Source: a virus. Taken from it: DNA of 64,000 nucleotides. The notes beneath the pieces are model-generated. The model was not told the DNA's origin. It searched no databases and saw only the letters and a program-made list of their open reading frames with translations. This document shows positions 44,051 through 55,046 of this stretch, in pieces. A program made the translations under genes and the position numbers. The DNA lies in the IMG/VR virus record IMGVR_UViG_3300008107_000029, positions 1-64,000 of that record. One strand, written 5' to 3'. The first letter of the stretch is position 1; each line of letters opens with the position of its first letter.

Positions 44051-47000
44051 TTACGCCTGCGATTCTGTCCATGAGACACGAGCAGAGATTTTAAGAGGTA
44101 TTGCTTCAGTTACTGAGGCAGGCTCTACGACAACTGCTGCTACTGTAAGAACATCTGGTCCGTCTGGGAACACACCGTCTCCACCAAGGATTGAGTTACC
44201 TAAAGTTGCAAGTTCTGCAAGAGATAATGTAGTATCTTGTGAGTTTACGGTTCCAGTACCTGCTGCACGGAAGTTGTAGAGAACAATTCCACCAGTGTAC
44301 AAATCTCCCTTAGAGTGTTTAATCAACTGGCTGAGTGAAGGCTTGTTCACGAATGTCCAGTTAGTGTTATCTAAAGTTGAGTTAAGAATCAAGTAGATTT
44401 CGCAGTCGTAGTTTGTAAGAATACCAACAGAGTTAAGAATTGTCTGCATTCTATTTACTACTTCTTTTGAACCTAAGTTACCAGTGTTAGCATTATCTAC
44501 TGAAGGAGCAAGACGTGCTGATACTAGAGGGATTACTGATGGAACAATGTCTGTTCCTGATCCAATATTGTATGTTTGTGATGTTGGATATGTAAAGGTT
44601 GCTCCATCGTTAGTATAAATAATTACTTGAGCACCTGAACCAGTTGAGCCACCAGTGTACCAACGTGCATTGTTAGTAAGAGTTGCAGTTCTTGGGAATG
44701 TTCCAGAGCCTGGTGCTACTGTTGAAGCAATAAACTGTGTAGATGATCCTAGGTAAGGTGTAATATAAACAACTGAACCATTAGAGATTGTTGATCCAGT
44801 ATAAGATCTACCACCTGATCCACCATAGAAGAATGTTGATGGTACAGATGAATCTGCTTCCCATCTAACTCTATGGACAGTTCCTGCAGTCATTCCGTGT
44901 CCACTTGCTACGGTAAAGACAGTAAAGTTATTTGTTGCATCAAATAATTGCTGTTGAGAAGTTACGGTTCTAAATGTGGCACCATCTGTTGCAGAAGGAG
45001 CCTGGTCAACATAAACCCAACCAGTGTTATTGTATCCACGAACTGGCACTCCAATTGTTTTTGTTCCTACTGGAAGTTTTTCATTAAGTGCAGTTGAGTT
45101 AGCCACTGCTGTATTATTTTTAATTGCAGCAACTACTGCGTTGGTGTATGAATCAAATGTAATTCTGTAAGCAGCAACAGTTGTTGCTGTGTCAGGGTCA
45201 GTGATGGTATATGACTTAGTTGTTTCAATTTGACCAGGAGCAGTCTTTTGAGTTGAGTTGTTTGTAAACTGAATTGAATCTCCTGCTGCTGTAAACAAAT
45301 AAGCCTTGTCATCTTGGAACTCTCCATCCATAATAATAGATGTACCCCAGTGAGAAAGTGATGGTACGTATGAAGGAATTCCTGTTGAAGTAATTTCATA
45401 ACGGGCTGGAAGGTTTCCTGCTCTCATGTATGCTTCAGTAAATATATTGTTGTGGATAAATTCATGGAAGTACTTTACGTGCCCCTTTTGATCTTTAAAT
45501 CCAAATCTAACTTTACCTGCACCATACCAAGAGTAGTCAATGTAAGCCATTTGAATCTTTGTAAGATCTAGGTTAAATCCTGATGGGCCAGTTCCATCTG
45601 CTGGATCAAGGTTCCAGTTTGCTTGTTCTACTTTAGTATCTACAACCTTTGAAATGATAACTCCACTCTTAGAGATACCACGATATGCTGGTTGGATATA
45701 CATAATGTCATTTGAGTCAACCTTTACAACCTTGTAAGTTTGTCCCTTAATAACAACGCTTTGTCCCTTTGCTACCTGAGAAGAGAATGAAGTGCTAGAA
45801 CCAACAATTCTTGTAGAGTTAAACGCTACTGTTGCAGTTCCAGACATCTGTTGTGTAGATGATCGTCTTACACAGTACAACTTGCTACCGTCAAACTCAA
45901 AGAAGATTCCATTTTGATCATCAAACAATCCTGATCTTAGTACACAGTTTACCCAAGAAACTGGATTAAATTGTGGGAATCCTCCTGGACGATCTGTTTG
46001 TGGAGTTCCTAAAAGTGTAATGGTGAATGTTCTTTCATCAATAATTTGATTAATTTCAAAGTTTCCATTCCAGTAATTAGGACCAAGATCGCCAATTCCA
46101 TTTACAGCATCTACAATTCTAACTGTAACAACATCTGTACAGCGATGTGGGTTTCTTGTTGTAATTGTTGCAGTAGTTCCTACTCTTGTATATGTATCAA
46201 TCTGAGTTGGAGCGTTAAAGTTAATTGCCTTAGATACCTGAATACCCTTACCTGACTGGTAACGGAAGTACTTACGGGTCTGACGAATCATAGATGCGTC
46301 TGGGTTAGTAGAAGGAGTAAGTTCAACACCACCGTCGTAAGGTCTGTGAACTGCGAATCCATCACCCTTAACATACAATGATGTAGAGGTTGCATATGAT
46401 AAATCGGTTCTAGCAACACCAGAGGCAGTTGAGATTGGAGTTTGTGCTTCATCTGATCCTGTAACTGGAATAGTATCTTCTACAGTCAAGGCAGTTGCTG
46501 ATCTAATTCCAGTAATCTTGGAAGCAAACACTGTTCCTGGAAGTACTGGAGAGATTGTCATGTTACCAGTTCCAAGGCCAGTAATATCAATTCTGTTTGA
46601 ATCTGCATTAGCATCTGCTGGATTTGGATAGAATGCTAAAGTTGAAGTTGTAAGTGCTCTTACATAGTAAATTCTTGATGCTGAAAGCCCAGTTGGCAAA
46701 GTAGTACTAGATGAAACTCTTACAGCAAGACCAGTTGTATATGTATGTGTATCTTGAGTTGTAACAATGTTTGTTGTTAAGTTAATACCACTGGACTGAG
46801 TTACAAATTCAAGATTGCTTAATCTAGTATCTGGTACATATACTTTAAATACATCTCCAATCTTATAAAGATTTGGGAAGTTTGTTCCAAGTCCATTGAT
46901 TGTTTTTGTTCCTGGAACTAGGCTAACAGTTCCGCTTGCAGGAAATTCTGCAGCAACGTTAGAACTTGTAATTGAGTGAGTTACACCAGATCCAAATGAT

Positions 47001-50000
47001 GTTAAAACAATTTCTCTTCCAATTTCAGCATCATCTCTGGTTGCTGCAAGTTGGAACCAATCTTGGCTAATTCTAATTGCATAATATGTAGTTCCAGCAA
47101 CAAGTCCACCGATTTGTGTTCCTGATGTGTTATATACTACTGGAGCACCTGTGTAATACTGGTGATTTGTTTGGTTAATAATACTATAGTTAAGGTCAAG
47201 TGTGTTCAAAGGATCGAAGGTATAAGTTCTTGGGCTAAGAATTGCACTTGTTGGGTTAAGGGTAAAGTGTGTATCTGTTGGAATGGTTTGAATTTCATAG
47301 ATTCCGTCAATAGCATTTGTACCAGTGATTGAAAGTTCGTGTGTTCCAGTTCCAACAGCACTAAAGTTAATAAGCCCTGGGATCTTTTTAAATGTTCCAG
47401 TTCCTCCAAGATTTGTGTCTAGAAGAGGTACACGATCATCTACTGGGGCTTCTCCTGCTGCGTTAACAACTAGGGAGGCTGCACTTTCAGGTGAATAGAA
47501 TAGTGCTAATCTGTTTGCATCCAATCCTCTAACAAAGTAAACTGTTCCACTCTTTAAACCACCAATTGGGGTAGTTGAGTTATAGATTGCAGGCTCTGCA
47601 GATGCAGTTGAATATCCGTGACCTGCAGATGTTATGTAAAATGCAACCGTGTCTACAGTGGACAATCCTTGTACTGGGATGTTAAGTGAAGAAAAAGTAG
47701 CCGTTGTAGATAGTCTAAAGTAGTTTTCTGTTGGTGTAAAGACATAGTACTGGTTAGCATTTACAAGTCCAGTAATTGCTGGATTAACACCAGATGAGTA
47801 TGTAAGAATCTGTCCTTCAGACAAAGCATTCTGTGGAAGATAGATTCCATCAGCAAAGTCTGTTGCTGTTCTACGTGTAAAGGTCATTGTTCCTGAAGAA
47901 TATGGAGATGGCAAGAATGCTTGATAAGCACTTGCCTTTGTTGGCTTAAGTCTAATTCTGTTTTCATTTACCTTTTCAACAAAGTAGTTAATTCTTTGTC
48001 CAATTGAAATTGGTCCGAATCCACCAGTAAATCTAACGTTTGCGTTTGTTGTACTTGCTGTAAAGTTAATAGATCCTGTGTTGTCAATTGCCTTTTCAGG
48101 AGTTGTGTGCAGTGTAAATGTTGTTGATGATAATGGTCTAATGTAGTAATTACGGCCTGGAACAACTTGAGGAGTGCTTGTAAAGGGAGTGGTTGTAGTC
48201 CCGTCGTCCATTGTAAACAATACTGCTTGTCCAGTTCTAAAGGTTGTAGCGTCTCCATTTACCATTGTTAAAATTTCTGTTGCAGTATCAATTGCTGATA
48301 GGTTGCTTACAGTAGGAGCCACAATAGCCAACTGAACTTTTGCTGTTCCAACTGTTGTAATGTCTACAATTGAAGTGTTAGCAATTGCATTTGCTAAAGT
48401 AGGATGAAGAGTTAATGTATTGGTTCCTGTCTTTCTTACAAAATATTTAGTATTGTTTGTCAACCCACCTGCAAGAGTTGGGCTGCTTTGTGTAATAGTA
48501 GCAGTTCCAGATCCTGAAGCAGTGATGTTAACTAAATTGTTATTTGCAATAGCGTCTGCTGAAGAAGCGTGAAGAGTAAATGTTGTACCACTTGCTACTC
48601 TTACATAATAAGTTCCGTTATCAGTTAAACCACCTGGTTGTGCATTTACTGGTTTCAATGCTCCAACTCCAGAGCCACGAGCAACTAAGTCTACAGTGTT
48701 ATTGTTTCCTTGTGCTCCAGCCTTGCTTCCGTGCAAACTAATTGTTGTTGAGTTAATAACTCTTACAAAGTATGTTGAGCCACTTGTTAATCCGTTAGGT
48801 ACAACGTCTCCACCATTGTAGTAAACTACTTCTTGTCCACTTACATAGTTTTCTGTTGATGGTACAGTAATTTGATCAGTTACTGGATCGATTCCGTTTG
48901 CCTGCTCAAATGAGAGTGGACGGGCACGATGCTTTACTGTTACTGCATCTCCAGTTGTAAATCCTGTTGTGCTTGCAACTGTAATAACATCGGTTGCTAG
49001 GTTAACACCAGCGTTAGCATTAAATGTTGTTTCTGCACTTTGTGCAGTTAAAAATACTGGAGTTCCTGTGTTAACCCTTGATCCATCATCAACTGTAATA
49101 ACGTTTGATGTTGTATTAATTCCAGTTGTTGCAAGAGCAGTAATTTTTCCATAGTTTTCATCTACTGGTCCACCTTCTCCAGAAGCAGTTTCTACTAGAA
49201 CAACATCGTCACTAGAAAATCCATGATTTGGAACATATACGCTGTCGTAGTTTTCTTCCATAATTCCAACTACAATCCATGTAGTTCCATTAATGGTAGT
49301 TCCGTTAATATCTAGAATTCCAGTACCTGCTGGAGCAGTACCTAATCTTAATGTTCTGTTTTGCTTAATAACTGTACTTGTTCCAGTACCAGTTGATGTT
49401 ACGTCAACCTGTAATGTGTCGCTAGAGGCACCTGCTGCAGATGTGTGTAGAGACATTGTTGTGGAAGAACGAACACGAATGTAGTATGTGTTACCACTAG
49501 TAAGTCCAGTTGGAATTGTTCCAGAGTTTGAGTAATATGTTACGGCATCACCAGTTGTAAAACCAGATGTGCTTGGCACTGTAAATACATTTGTAACAAC
49601 GTCTAAAGATGTTCCACTGTTAGTCCATGTTTCTCTTGCTTCAGTCTTATTAGCCTGGTTGACATAAAGTTTTACATAGTTAGTTACAGTGTGGTTGTTA
49701 GTTGACTTGTGTGGAGAAGCAGCAGTTAGACCAGTTCCAGTTGAAAAAACAAACACTGGATCGTCTTCTTCTACCCCTTTAAGGTTATTTGTTGTTGTAA
49801 TAACGTCAGCAACTGTTGCAGAAGCAACTTTGTTTGCAAAAAATAGTGCATGCTGTCCAAAATTACTTGTTCCATTTCTTGTAAATTGAACTAAAGTTGC
49901 TGTATTATATTCGTCAATTTCAGTTGATGAGAGAGCAACAGTATTGTTATCAATCTTTACTGCATAGTACAAAGAATAGTTTGTAAGTCCACCGACTAGT

Positions 50001-50872
50001 GTGTCTTCATATGGACCAACATACATAACTGGATCTCCAGTTGTAAATCCATGAGATGTAATTGTAATTGTAGAAGCATTGTAATCTACATTAGATGCTT
50101 GGAAGAATCCTGAGACCTTTCCTCTCCAGTCATAAGGAACGAATGCAAACTTTGAATAACCTTCAAGGGAAGTTGTTGCATTTGTTTCAACTGTAGCAGT
50201 TAGAGTATCTACGTTTGTAGGTATAATACTTGCTGCATTAAATCTTAAAGTCTTTCCACCAACAGTGTTTGACAAAATAAACTTTGTTCCTACGCTAAAT
50301 CCGTGTGGATAGATTGTGTCAACGGTAAGGATTGAAGGCACTGCACCGTCTGTTCTAATTGAACCTAGTGTATCTAGTTTGTATTGGGTAGCCTGATATA
50401 AACGACCACCAAAAATTTGAGTTGTATCATCTTTAATTTCAACTGTACCACCTGGAGTAACTCCAGCAAAATTCATTGTCTTCTTTGCTTTGTATTCAAT
50501 AATGAATGCTGAAACAAGACGGCTAACTACGAACGCACCTTCTGCAATGTTGGTAGTAAGTCCAGATACGATAATAGGAGAACCAACAGATAGGTTGTGC
50601 TCAGTGCTGCATACTACCTGAACAATGTCTGAGCCTTGTGTGGCAAGGACACTTGTGTGAGAAAGGGCAGTTTGTCCAGGTCTAGAAAAGAAGGTAGGAA
50701 TGTTGTTAACAAGTTCGATTGTCTCCCAACGTGTTTCCTGTAGACCATATTCAAAGTCTGTATCAATAAGGTTAGATGGTGTAGAAACACGAATTTTCGA
50801 TACTGGATCGACATACGTTTCAATTGGCTCAAAGAGGGTTTCCTCTGTTTGGGGTCTTAAATATCCTGACAT
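44051..50872 (-). CDS. Giant (2273 aa) virion structural/tail fibre protein with internal ~70-aa repeats
   Basis: About ten copies of HGFTTGD.V.Y...GL..G..YYV...T..L...A....DIT..G.G; C-terminal RQTRKYFRYQSGKG, YSWYGAG, NLPARYEI, HWGTS blocks. Confidence 0.8.
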   Translation of the reverse strand: MSGYLRPQTEETLFEPIETYVDPVSKIRVSTPSNLIDTDFEYGLQETRWETIELVNNIPTFFSRPGQTALSHTSVLATQGSDIVQVVCSTEHNLSVGSPIIVSGLTTNIAEGAFVVSRLVSAFIIEYKAKKTMNFAGVTPGGTVEIKDDTTQIFGGRLYQATQYKLDTLGSIRTDGAVPSILTVDTIYPHGFSVGTKFILSNTVGGKTLRFNAASIIPTNVDTLTATVETNATTSLEGYSKFAFVPYDWRGKVSGFFQASNVDYNASTITITSHGFTTGDPVMYVGPYEDTLVGGLTNYSLYYAVKIDNNTVALSSTEIDEYNTATLVQFTRNGTSNFGQHALFFANKVASATVADVITTTNNLKGVEEDDPVFVFSTGTGLTAASPHKSTNNHTVTNYVKLYVNQANKTEARETWTNSGTSLDVVTNVFTVPSTSGFTTGDAVTYYSNSGTIPTGLTSGNTYYIRVRSSTTMSLHTSAAGASSDTLQVDVTSTGTGTSTVIKQNRTLRLGTAPAGTGILDINGTTINGTTWIVVGIMEENYDSVYVPNHGFSSDDVVLVETASGEGGPVDENYGKITALATTGINTTSNVITVDDGSRVNTGTPVFLTAQSAETTFNANAGVNLATDVITVASTTGFTTGDAVTVKHRARPLSFEQANGIDPVTDQITVPSTENYVSGQEVVYYNGGDVVPNGLTSGSTYFVRVINSTTISLHGSKAGAQGNNNTVDLVARGSGVGALKPVNAQPGGLTDNGTYYVRVASGTTFTLHASSADAIANNNLVNITASGSGTATITQSSPTLAGGLTNNTKYFVRKTGTNTLTLHPTLANAIANTSIVDITTVGTAKVQLAIVAPTVSNLSAIDTATEILTMVNGDATTFRTGQAVLFTMDDGTTTTPFTSTPQVVPGRNYYIRPLSSTTFTLHTTPEKAIDNTGSINFTASTTNANVRFTGGFGPISIGQRINYFVEKVNENRIRLKPTKASAYQAFLPSPYSSGTMTFTRRTATDFADGIYLPQNALSEGQILTYSSGVNPAITGLVNANQYYVFTPTENYFRLSTTATFSSLNIPVQGLSTVDTVAFYITSAGHGYSTASAEPAIYNSTTPIGGLKSGTVYFVRGLDANRLALFYSPESAASLVVNAAGEAPVDDRVPLLDTNLGGTGTFKKIPGLINFSAVGTGTHELSITGTNAIDGIYEIQTIPTDTHFTLNPTSAILSPRTYTFDPLNTLDLNYSIINQTNHQYYTGAPVVYNTSGTQIGGLVAGTTYYAIRISQDWFQLAATRDDAEIGREIVLTSFGSGVTHSITSSNVAAEFPASGTVSLVPGTKTINGLGTNFPNLYKIGDVFKVYVPDTRLSNLEFVTQSSGINLTTNIVTTQDTHTYTTGLAVRVSSSTTLPTGLSASRIYYVRALTTSTLAFYPNPADANADSNRIDITGLGTGNMTISPVLPGTVFASKITGIRSATALTVEDTIPVTGSDEAQTPISTASGVARTDLSYATSTSLYVKGDGFAVHRPYDGGVELTPSTNPDASMIRQTRKYFRYQSGKGIQVSKAINFNAPTQIDTYTRVGTTATITTRNPHRCTDVVTVRIVDAVNGIGDLGPNYWNGNFEINQIIDERTFTITLLGTPQTDRPGGFPQFNPVSWVNCVLRSGLFDDQNGIFFEFDGSKLYCVRRSSTQQMSGTATVAFNSTRIVGSSTSFSSQVAKGQSVVIKGQTYKVVKVDSNDIMYIQPAYRGISKSGVIISKVVDTKVEQANWNLDPADGTGPSGFNLDLTKIQMAYIDYSWYGAGKVRFGFKDQKGHVKYFHEFIHNNIFTEAYMRAGNLPARYEITSTGIPSYVPSLSHWGTSIIMDGEFQDDKAYLFTAAGDSIQFTNNSTQKTAPGQIETTKSYTITDPDTATTVAAYRITFDSYTNAVVAAIKNNTAVANSTALNEKLPVGTKTIGVPVRGYNNTGWVYVDQAPSATDGATFRTVTSQQQLFDATNNFTVFTVASGHGMTAGTVHRVRWEADSSVPSTFFYGGSGGRSYTGSTISNGSVVYITPYLGSSTQFIASTVAPGSGTFPRTATLTNNARWYTGGSTGSGAQVIIYTNDGATFTYPTSQTYNIGSGTDIVPSVIPLVSARLAPSVDNANTGNLGSKEVVNRMQTILNSVGILTNYDCEIYLILNSTLDNTNWTFVNKPSLSQLIKHSKGDLYTGGIVLYNFRAAGTGTVNSQDTTLSLAELATLGNSILGGDGVFPDGPDVLTVAAVVVEPASVTEAIPLKISARVSWTESQA

Positions 50873-50896
50873 GTTTCTATTATACCTCTTTCGTTA

Positions 50897-53854
50897 TTAT
50901 GCACCCAACCACCATGAGTTGGTTAGTGATCCTACTGATGCTGCACCTGCTGTTTGAACTTCAAAGACAATTCTATCACTGTCGTCATCATAAACTGCCA
51001 CAAGGTTTACGTGATTATCGTGTACTAAAGAAGGTGCTACAAGGTCTGTAACCACTTCTGTTTGGGTATTTCCAATTGGAGTGTATCCAAGAGCAGATGT
51101 TATATCTAATAATCCTACAGTTACGTTACCATTGACTGCTGGTCTAGTTCCAAACTGAATTAAGTCTACTGAATCTGGAACACTAAGAAGAAGTTGGTTT
51201 GGACCATCATCATATGTGACTGTAACGTTTGTATGGTTAGTATGATTTAGTAATGGTTCAACCCAATCTTGAATTTCTTCTTGTGTTTTTGGTGTTGGAA
51301 TCTTAATTTGTATCTGTGGTAATCCAGTAATTGGATCCTCTGCTACATAATCTACTACAACGTTTTCATGATTAACGTGGTCCAGTGTGTCATAAATGAA
51401 TGCTGATGTTTGTAATCCATTAAATGCAACTGGGATTGTAAGTTCAATATCTCCGTGTGCTGATTGAGTGATTGTTGCTGTACCTTCAACATCTCCATCA
51501 ATGGTAAATGTAACTTCGGCATCTCTTACGGCAAGAGTTCCAGTGTTGGTAAGGTCATCGTATACAAAGTTTAATCCAAATAGATTTAATTGTCCATCTA
51601 AGAAGTTAAAGATTTCATCATCTACTGCTTCTTGAAAATCTGTAATGTCAGTTGATACGTGGTCGTGTCCTAAGTATGTTAAAGCCTTCCATACAGTTCC
51701 ACTCTTTATATACAAGTCTCCAGAGTCTGCTACATATCCAAAAGCACCAGAGTCTGCACCAGTTGGTAATGCTGCTTGATTTGCATACCCTTGAGTAACA
51801 ATATTTTCTATAGCAAACAAAACTGGGTCTGAAGATATGTTGGTTGGTCCACCTAGATAAAAATAATTTTCTTGTAAACTTGGAGCAATTTCTACCTGCC
51901 CAGGTCCATACAAATATATGGCTCCATCAAATGTTGCTATAGCACTTGATAGTTTAACAAGAATTCCCATTCTCTGTGTAACAAAGTTATATTGTTGTGG
52001 GCTTATTGACGGAACTCCGTTTAGCCCAACGTATAGTTCTGATCCTACAACTGCACCAGTAATTTCAAAGGTGGATGCTGCTATTAATCCTTGGCTTGTT
52101 ATGTATCCATTACTTGATGCTGGAATGGTTTCTTCTGCTATTCCTATTGATGGCATTGTTGATGGAGTTCCAGCACTTGCTAAAACAACATTTGGTACAG
52201 TCGATCCACTAGCATATCCACTAATACTAACAAAACTGCCTGCGTTAATATCGGTAGTGCCGTTATTTCTAACATAAATTTTTGTCTTTGGTGCAAAGTT
52301 AACCTCAGCCTGGTAGATTAATGGGTCTCCAGCAGTTGTTGGCAAAGCCATTGCTGAAGTTATAGATGGATGGGAGGGTGTTCCAAAATAAGAAGAAACT
52401 CTACTGTCAACTCTTGGGTTGGTATACCATAAATTTGTTGCTGTTCCAGTTTCTGATACATCGTCTGTGTCAAGAACTACTGTACCAATAAAACCATTTA
52501 CTGAGTCTACTTGGCTAAGAACTTTATATGTATCTCCACCGTCTAAACTCCAAGCAAATTGCTGGTTTGCTTCGCTCCAAGCAAGGATTGCATTAGTAAG
52601 ATCTCCTCTTGCAACTTCAATACCTGACTTTAAAGTACTTGCTGGAGTGCCAGTTTGTGCTGAGTTAATAAGAATAGTTGTATCTTCTGTTGTAATAGTT
52701 CCTGCATTAAATATAGTTTCAGTACCAAGTACACTTAAGTTACCAGTTACTGTTAAATTATTTGGAATGGTTACATCTGTTGCCAAGCCTACAGTGGTAA
52801 TTCCATTTGTTGTAGTTGCTACTATTTGATTTGTAGTTCCATTGATTGCTAACACACCAGTGTTAGAAATTGTTAATCCGTTAGTTGCTGAATCGTATGT
52901 GGTTGATATACCAGTCTTTGTTGCTCCATTAATTAACGCCCCTGCAGAATCTTTTGCACGGTCATCTGTAAACCATAGGTTTGTTGTTGCTGGATCTCCG
53001 TCATTGCCTTCAGCAATATCTCCAGTTGTTATAGTTACAACTCCTGTTTCGCCATTAACGCTTAGAACATTACCAGCACCAGTCAAAACTATTCTGTTGT
53101 TTACGTCATCGTATGATGCTGTAACATTTGTATGTCCAGCATGGTTAAGAAGTGGTGCAGCAGAATCCTGTACTGCTTCAGTAAAGTCTGTTACTTGAGT
53201 AGAAGGAATTGCAATGTCGACATTTGATGCACTTGTAATACGACCATCAACATCTACTGCAAATTGTGATACTGAGTTAGCATCTCCGTATGTTGCTGGT
53301 GTAACTCCAGTGTCTGAAAGATCAATAGTAATTGTGGTATTACCAAGATTGGTCATTGTTGCTGATCCAGTTGCATCTCCTGCAATACTAATTACTGGAT
53401 CGTTAACATTAAATGTTAATGTATTTAAGATGTCGTCATATGATACTGTTAGACCAGAATGTGTGGCTGCTACAACCATAGCCTGTGCAGCATCCTGTAC
53501 AGCCTCTGTAAAGTCTGTTATGTTGGTAGATACGTGGTTGTGTGAGTTATCTGCAACTGTTGTTGTAATGGTTGCGTTAGCAAGGTTTGTTACTGTTCCA
53601 GTTCCACTTACATCACCATCTAGGGTTAATGTAAAGTCACCTACATTGAAGTTTAATTTTCCAGTTGTATCGTCATAAGTAACGTCAATACCAGATTCGG
53701 TATTTGTAGTTACCATAGCACCAACTAGGTCTTGAATATCTTCTGCAACGTTTGTAATATCTGTAACTGTGTGCGTGTGCGATGGATACGCTAACGCCAC
53801 ATCTACTTGAACGACATCATTTGTTCCTTCGTCTACTATTACATTAATTGCCAT
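50897..53854 (-). CDS. Long tail fibre/adhesin protein
   Basis: Repeats ITDF.EAVQD, VTYDD..N, VLSVNG.TG.V, SGIEVARGD; Thr/Asp-rich. Confidence 0.75.
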   Translation of the reverse strand: MAINVIVDEGTNDVVQVDVALAYPSHTHTVTDITNVAEDIQDLVGAMVTTNTESGIDVTYDDTTGKLNFNVGDFTLTLDGDVSGTGTVTNLANATITTTVADNSHNHVSTNITDFTEAVQDAAQAMVVAATHSGLTVSYDDILNTLTFNVNDPVISIAGDATGSATMTNLGNTTITIDLSDTGVTPATYGDANSVSQFAVDVDGRITSASNVDIAIPSTQVTDFTEAVQDSAAPLLNHAGHTNVTASYDDVNNRIVLTGAGNVLSVNGETGVVTITTGDIAEGNDGDPATTNLWFTDDRAKDSAGALINGATKTGISTTYDSATNGLTISNTGVLAINGTTNQIVATTTNGITTVGLATDVTIPNNLTVTGNLSVLGTETIFNAGTITTEDTTILINSAQTGTPASTLKSGIEVARGDLTNAILAWSEANQQFAWSLDGGDTYKVLSQVDSVNGFIGTVVLDTDDVSETGTATNLWYTNPRVDSRVSSYFGTPSHPSITSAMALPTTAGDPLIYQAEVNFAPKTKIYVRNNGTTDINAGSFVSISGYASGSTVPNVVLASAGTPSTMPSIGIAEETIPASSNGYITSQGLIAASTFEITGAVVGSELYVGLNGVPSISPQQYNFVTQRMGILVKLSSAIATFDGAIYLYGPGQVEIAPSLQENYFYLGGPTNISSDPVLFAIENIVTQGYANQAALPTGADSGAFGYVADSGDLYIKSGTVWKALTYLGHDHVSTDITDFQEAVDDEIFNFLDGQLNLFGLNFVYDDLTNTGTLAVRDAEVTFTIDGDVEGTATITQSAHGDIELTIPVAFNGLQTSAFIYDTLDHVNHENVVVDYVAEDPITGLPQIQIKIPTPKTQEEIQDWVEPLLNHTNHTNVTVTYDDGPNQLLLSVPDSVDLIQFGTRPAVNGNVTVGLLDITSALGYTPIGNTQTEVVTDLVAPSLVHDNHVNLVAVYDDDSDRIVFEVQTAGAASVGSLTNSWWLGA

Positions 53855-53855
53855 A

Positions 53856-54548
53856 TTATGTCAATTGCCCCCTAGTTGTATCTGTTGAAGCAGTTACGCT
53901 ATATGTAATGTCTTCAACAACATCAATTTCTCCCTTTAAAATAGTTTGAACAGTCCAGTGATCGTCAAATGCATTAAGTGCATCGTCACCAAAGTCTGTT
54001 AAGTTTGTCTTTCTTGCAATTTCAAGATCATATACTGCATTGTCTGGTAGTCTTTTGCTTACACCATCTGGCAGGAACATATGAATCTTTCCAGCAGTAA
54101 TTTCAGATGCTTTGTTTCCAATCTGGAACTCTGCCTTTACGCTAGAGGTTACTGTTCCAGTTGCATTTTCCTGAGTGACAACGCTACCAGTTGACTGATA
54201 TGTTATAGTGGTTGCAGTGACTGAAGTAATAACTCTAGTTCCATCCCATCCTACACCAACACCTGCTACAGTAATAGTCTGATTAGTATCAAAGTTATGG
54301 TTTTGGCTTAATGTTAGGGTTGCGTATGTTGTTCCACCAACTAATTCTCTTTGTTTTTGTGTGACTGTTGCAGTTGAAGTGAAGGTCAAAGGTTGTAGAT
54401 CTGGTCCGTAAATCTCTGCTTTAATGCTATAATTTGTTAAATTGATGGCTGTGCCACCATTATCTTTTACTGTTGCGATAGCGTAATAAGTATCACCACG
54501 GTAAAGCGTGATATTTAATGTTCCTGGAGTATTATTGACGCTTGCCAT
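53856..54548 (-). CDS. Baseplate/fibre-attachment protein (BppU-like N-domain with an insert)
   Basis: LNITLYRGDT...INLTNY..KAEI ... VYDLEI...ILKGEIDV. Confidence 0.6.
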   Translation of the reverse strand: MASVNNTPGTLNITLYRGDTYYAIATVKDNGGTAINLTNYSIKAEIYGPDLQPLTFTSTATVTQKQRELVGGTTYATLTLSQNHNFDTNQTITVAGVGVGWDGTRVITSVTATTITYQSTGSVVTQENATGTVTSSVKAEFQIGNKASEITAGKIHMFLPDGVSKRLPDNAVYDLEIARKTNLTDFGDDALNAFDDHWTVQTILKGEIDVVEDITYSVTASTDTTRGQLT

Positions 54549-54565
54549 GATTACATTATATCCTA

Positions 54566-55018
54566 CTAATGATTCTTAGAACTAGGAATAATCGCACCCT
54601 TCCACATTGATTGTTTGATCGGAACACAGTTTGGAACTTGGCGTCCGTTCTTTTCTTTCATACCTACTTGCTTATAACCAGACCAACATGCTTTTGTAAG
54701 ATTATCCCATTTATCTTCATCTTCATTGTCTGACTCGTATAATTCTTCTGACTTATCCATGCTGTGATCTGATTCAATTTTAACTGCATCTTTGTACATC
54801 ATTCCAATGCTAAAAGCAGTTGGCTTCCATGTGCCATCTTTTTCAATATAAATTCTAACTGACATTGCTGGATTGTCTGGAGGCATAGACTCAATAGCAA
54901 ACTCTGTTCCAGGTGTTCCTAGGGTTCCACCCTCAATCATAATGTGTTCAATCATGCCATGGACCATACCCTCTGTGGTTTTACCCATTACCATGTCGCC
55001 TTCTTTTAGTGTTAGCAT
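54566..55018 (-). CDS. Tudor-like domain protein, related to the insert in the prohead protease
   Basis: EGDMVM...EG..HG...PDNPAMSVRIY...WKPT; C-terminal CWSGYKQVGMK..GRQVPNCVP. Confidence 0.6.
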   Translation of the reverse strand: MLTLKEGDMVMGKTTEGMVHGMIEHIMIEGGTLGTPGTEFAIESMPPDNPAMSVRIYIEKDGTWKPTAFSIGMMYKDAVKIESDHSMDKSEELYESDNEDEDKWDNLTKACWSGYKQVGMKEKNGRQVPNCVPIKQSMWKGAIIPSSKNH

Positions 55019-55046
55019 ACTTTCCTCCTAGACCATTTTATCATAA

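Noticed and set aside
51918-53678. Long plus-strand ORFs opposite structural genes (also 587-976, 9654-10229, 60160-60606, 61073-61721)
   Set aside because: Antisense shadow frames of well-supported minus-strand genes with biased codon usage
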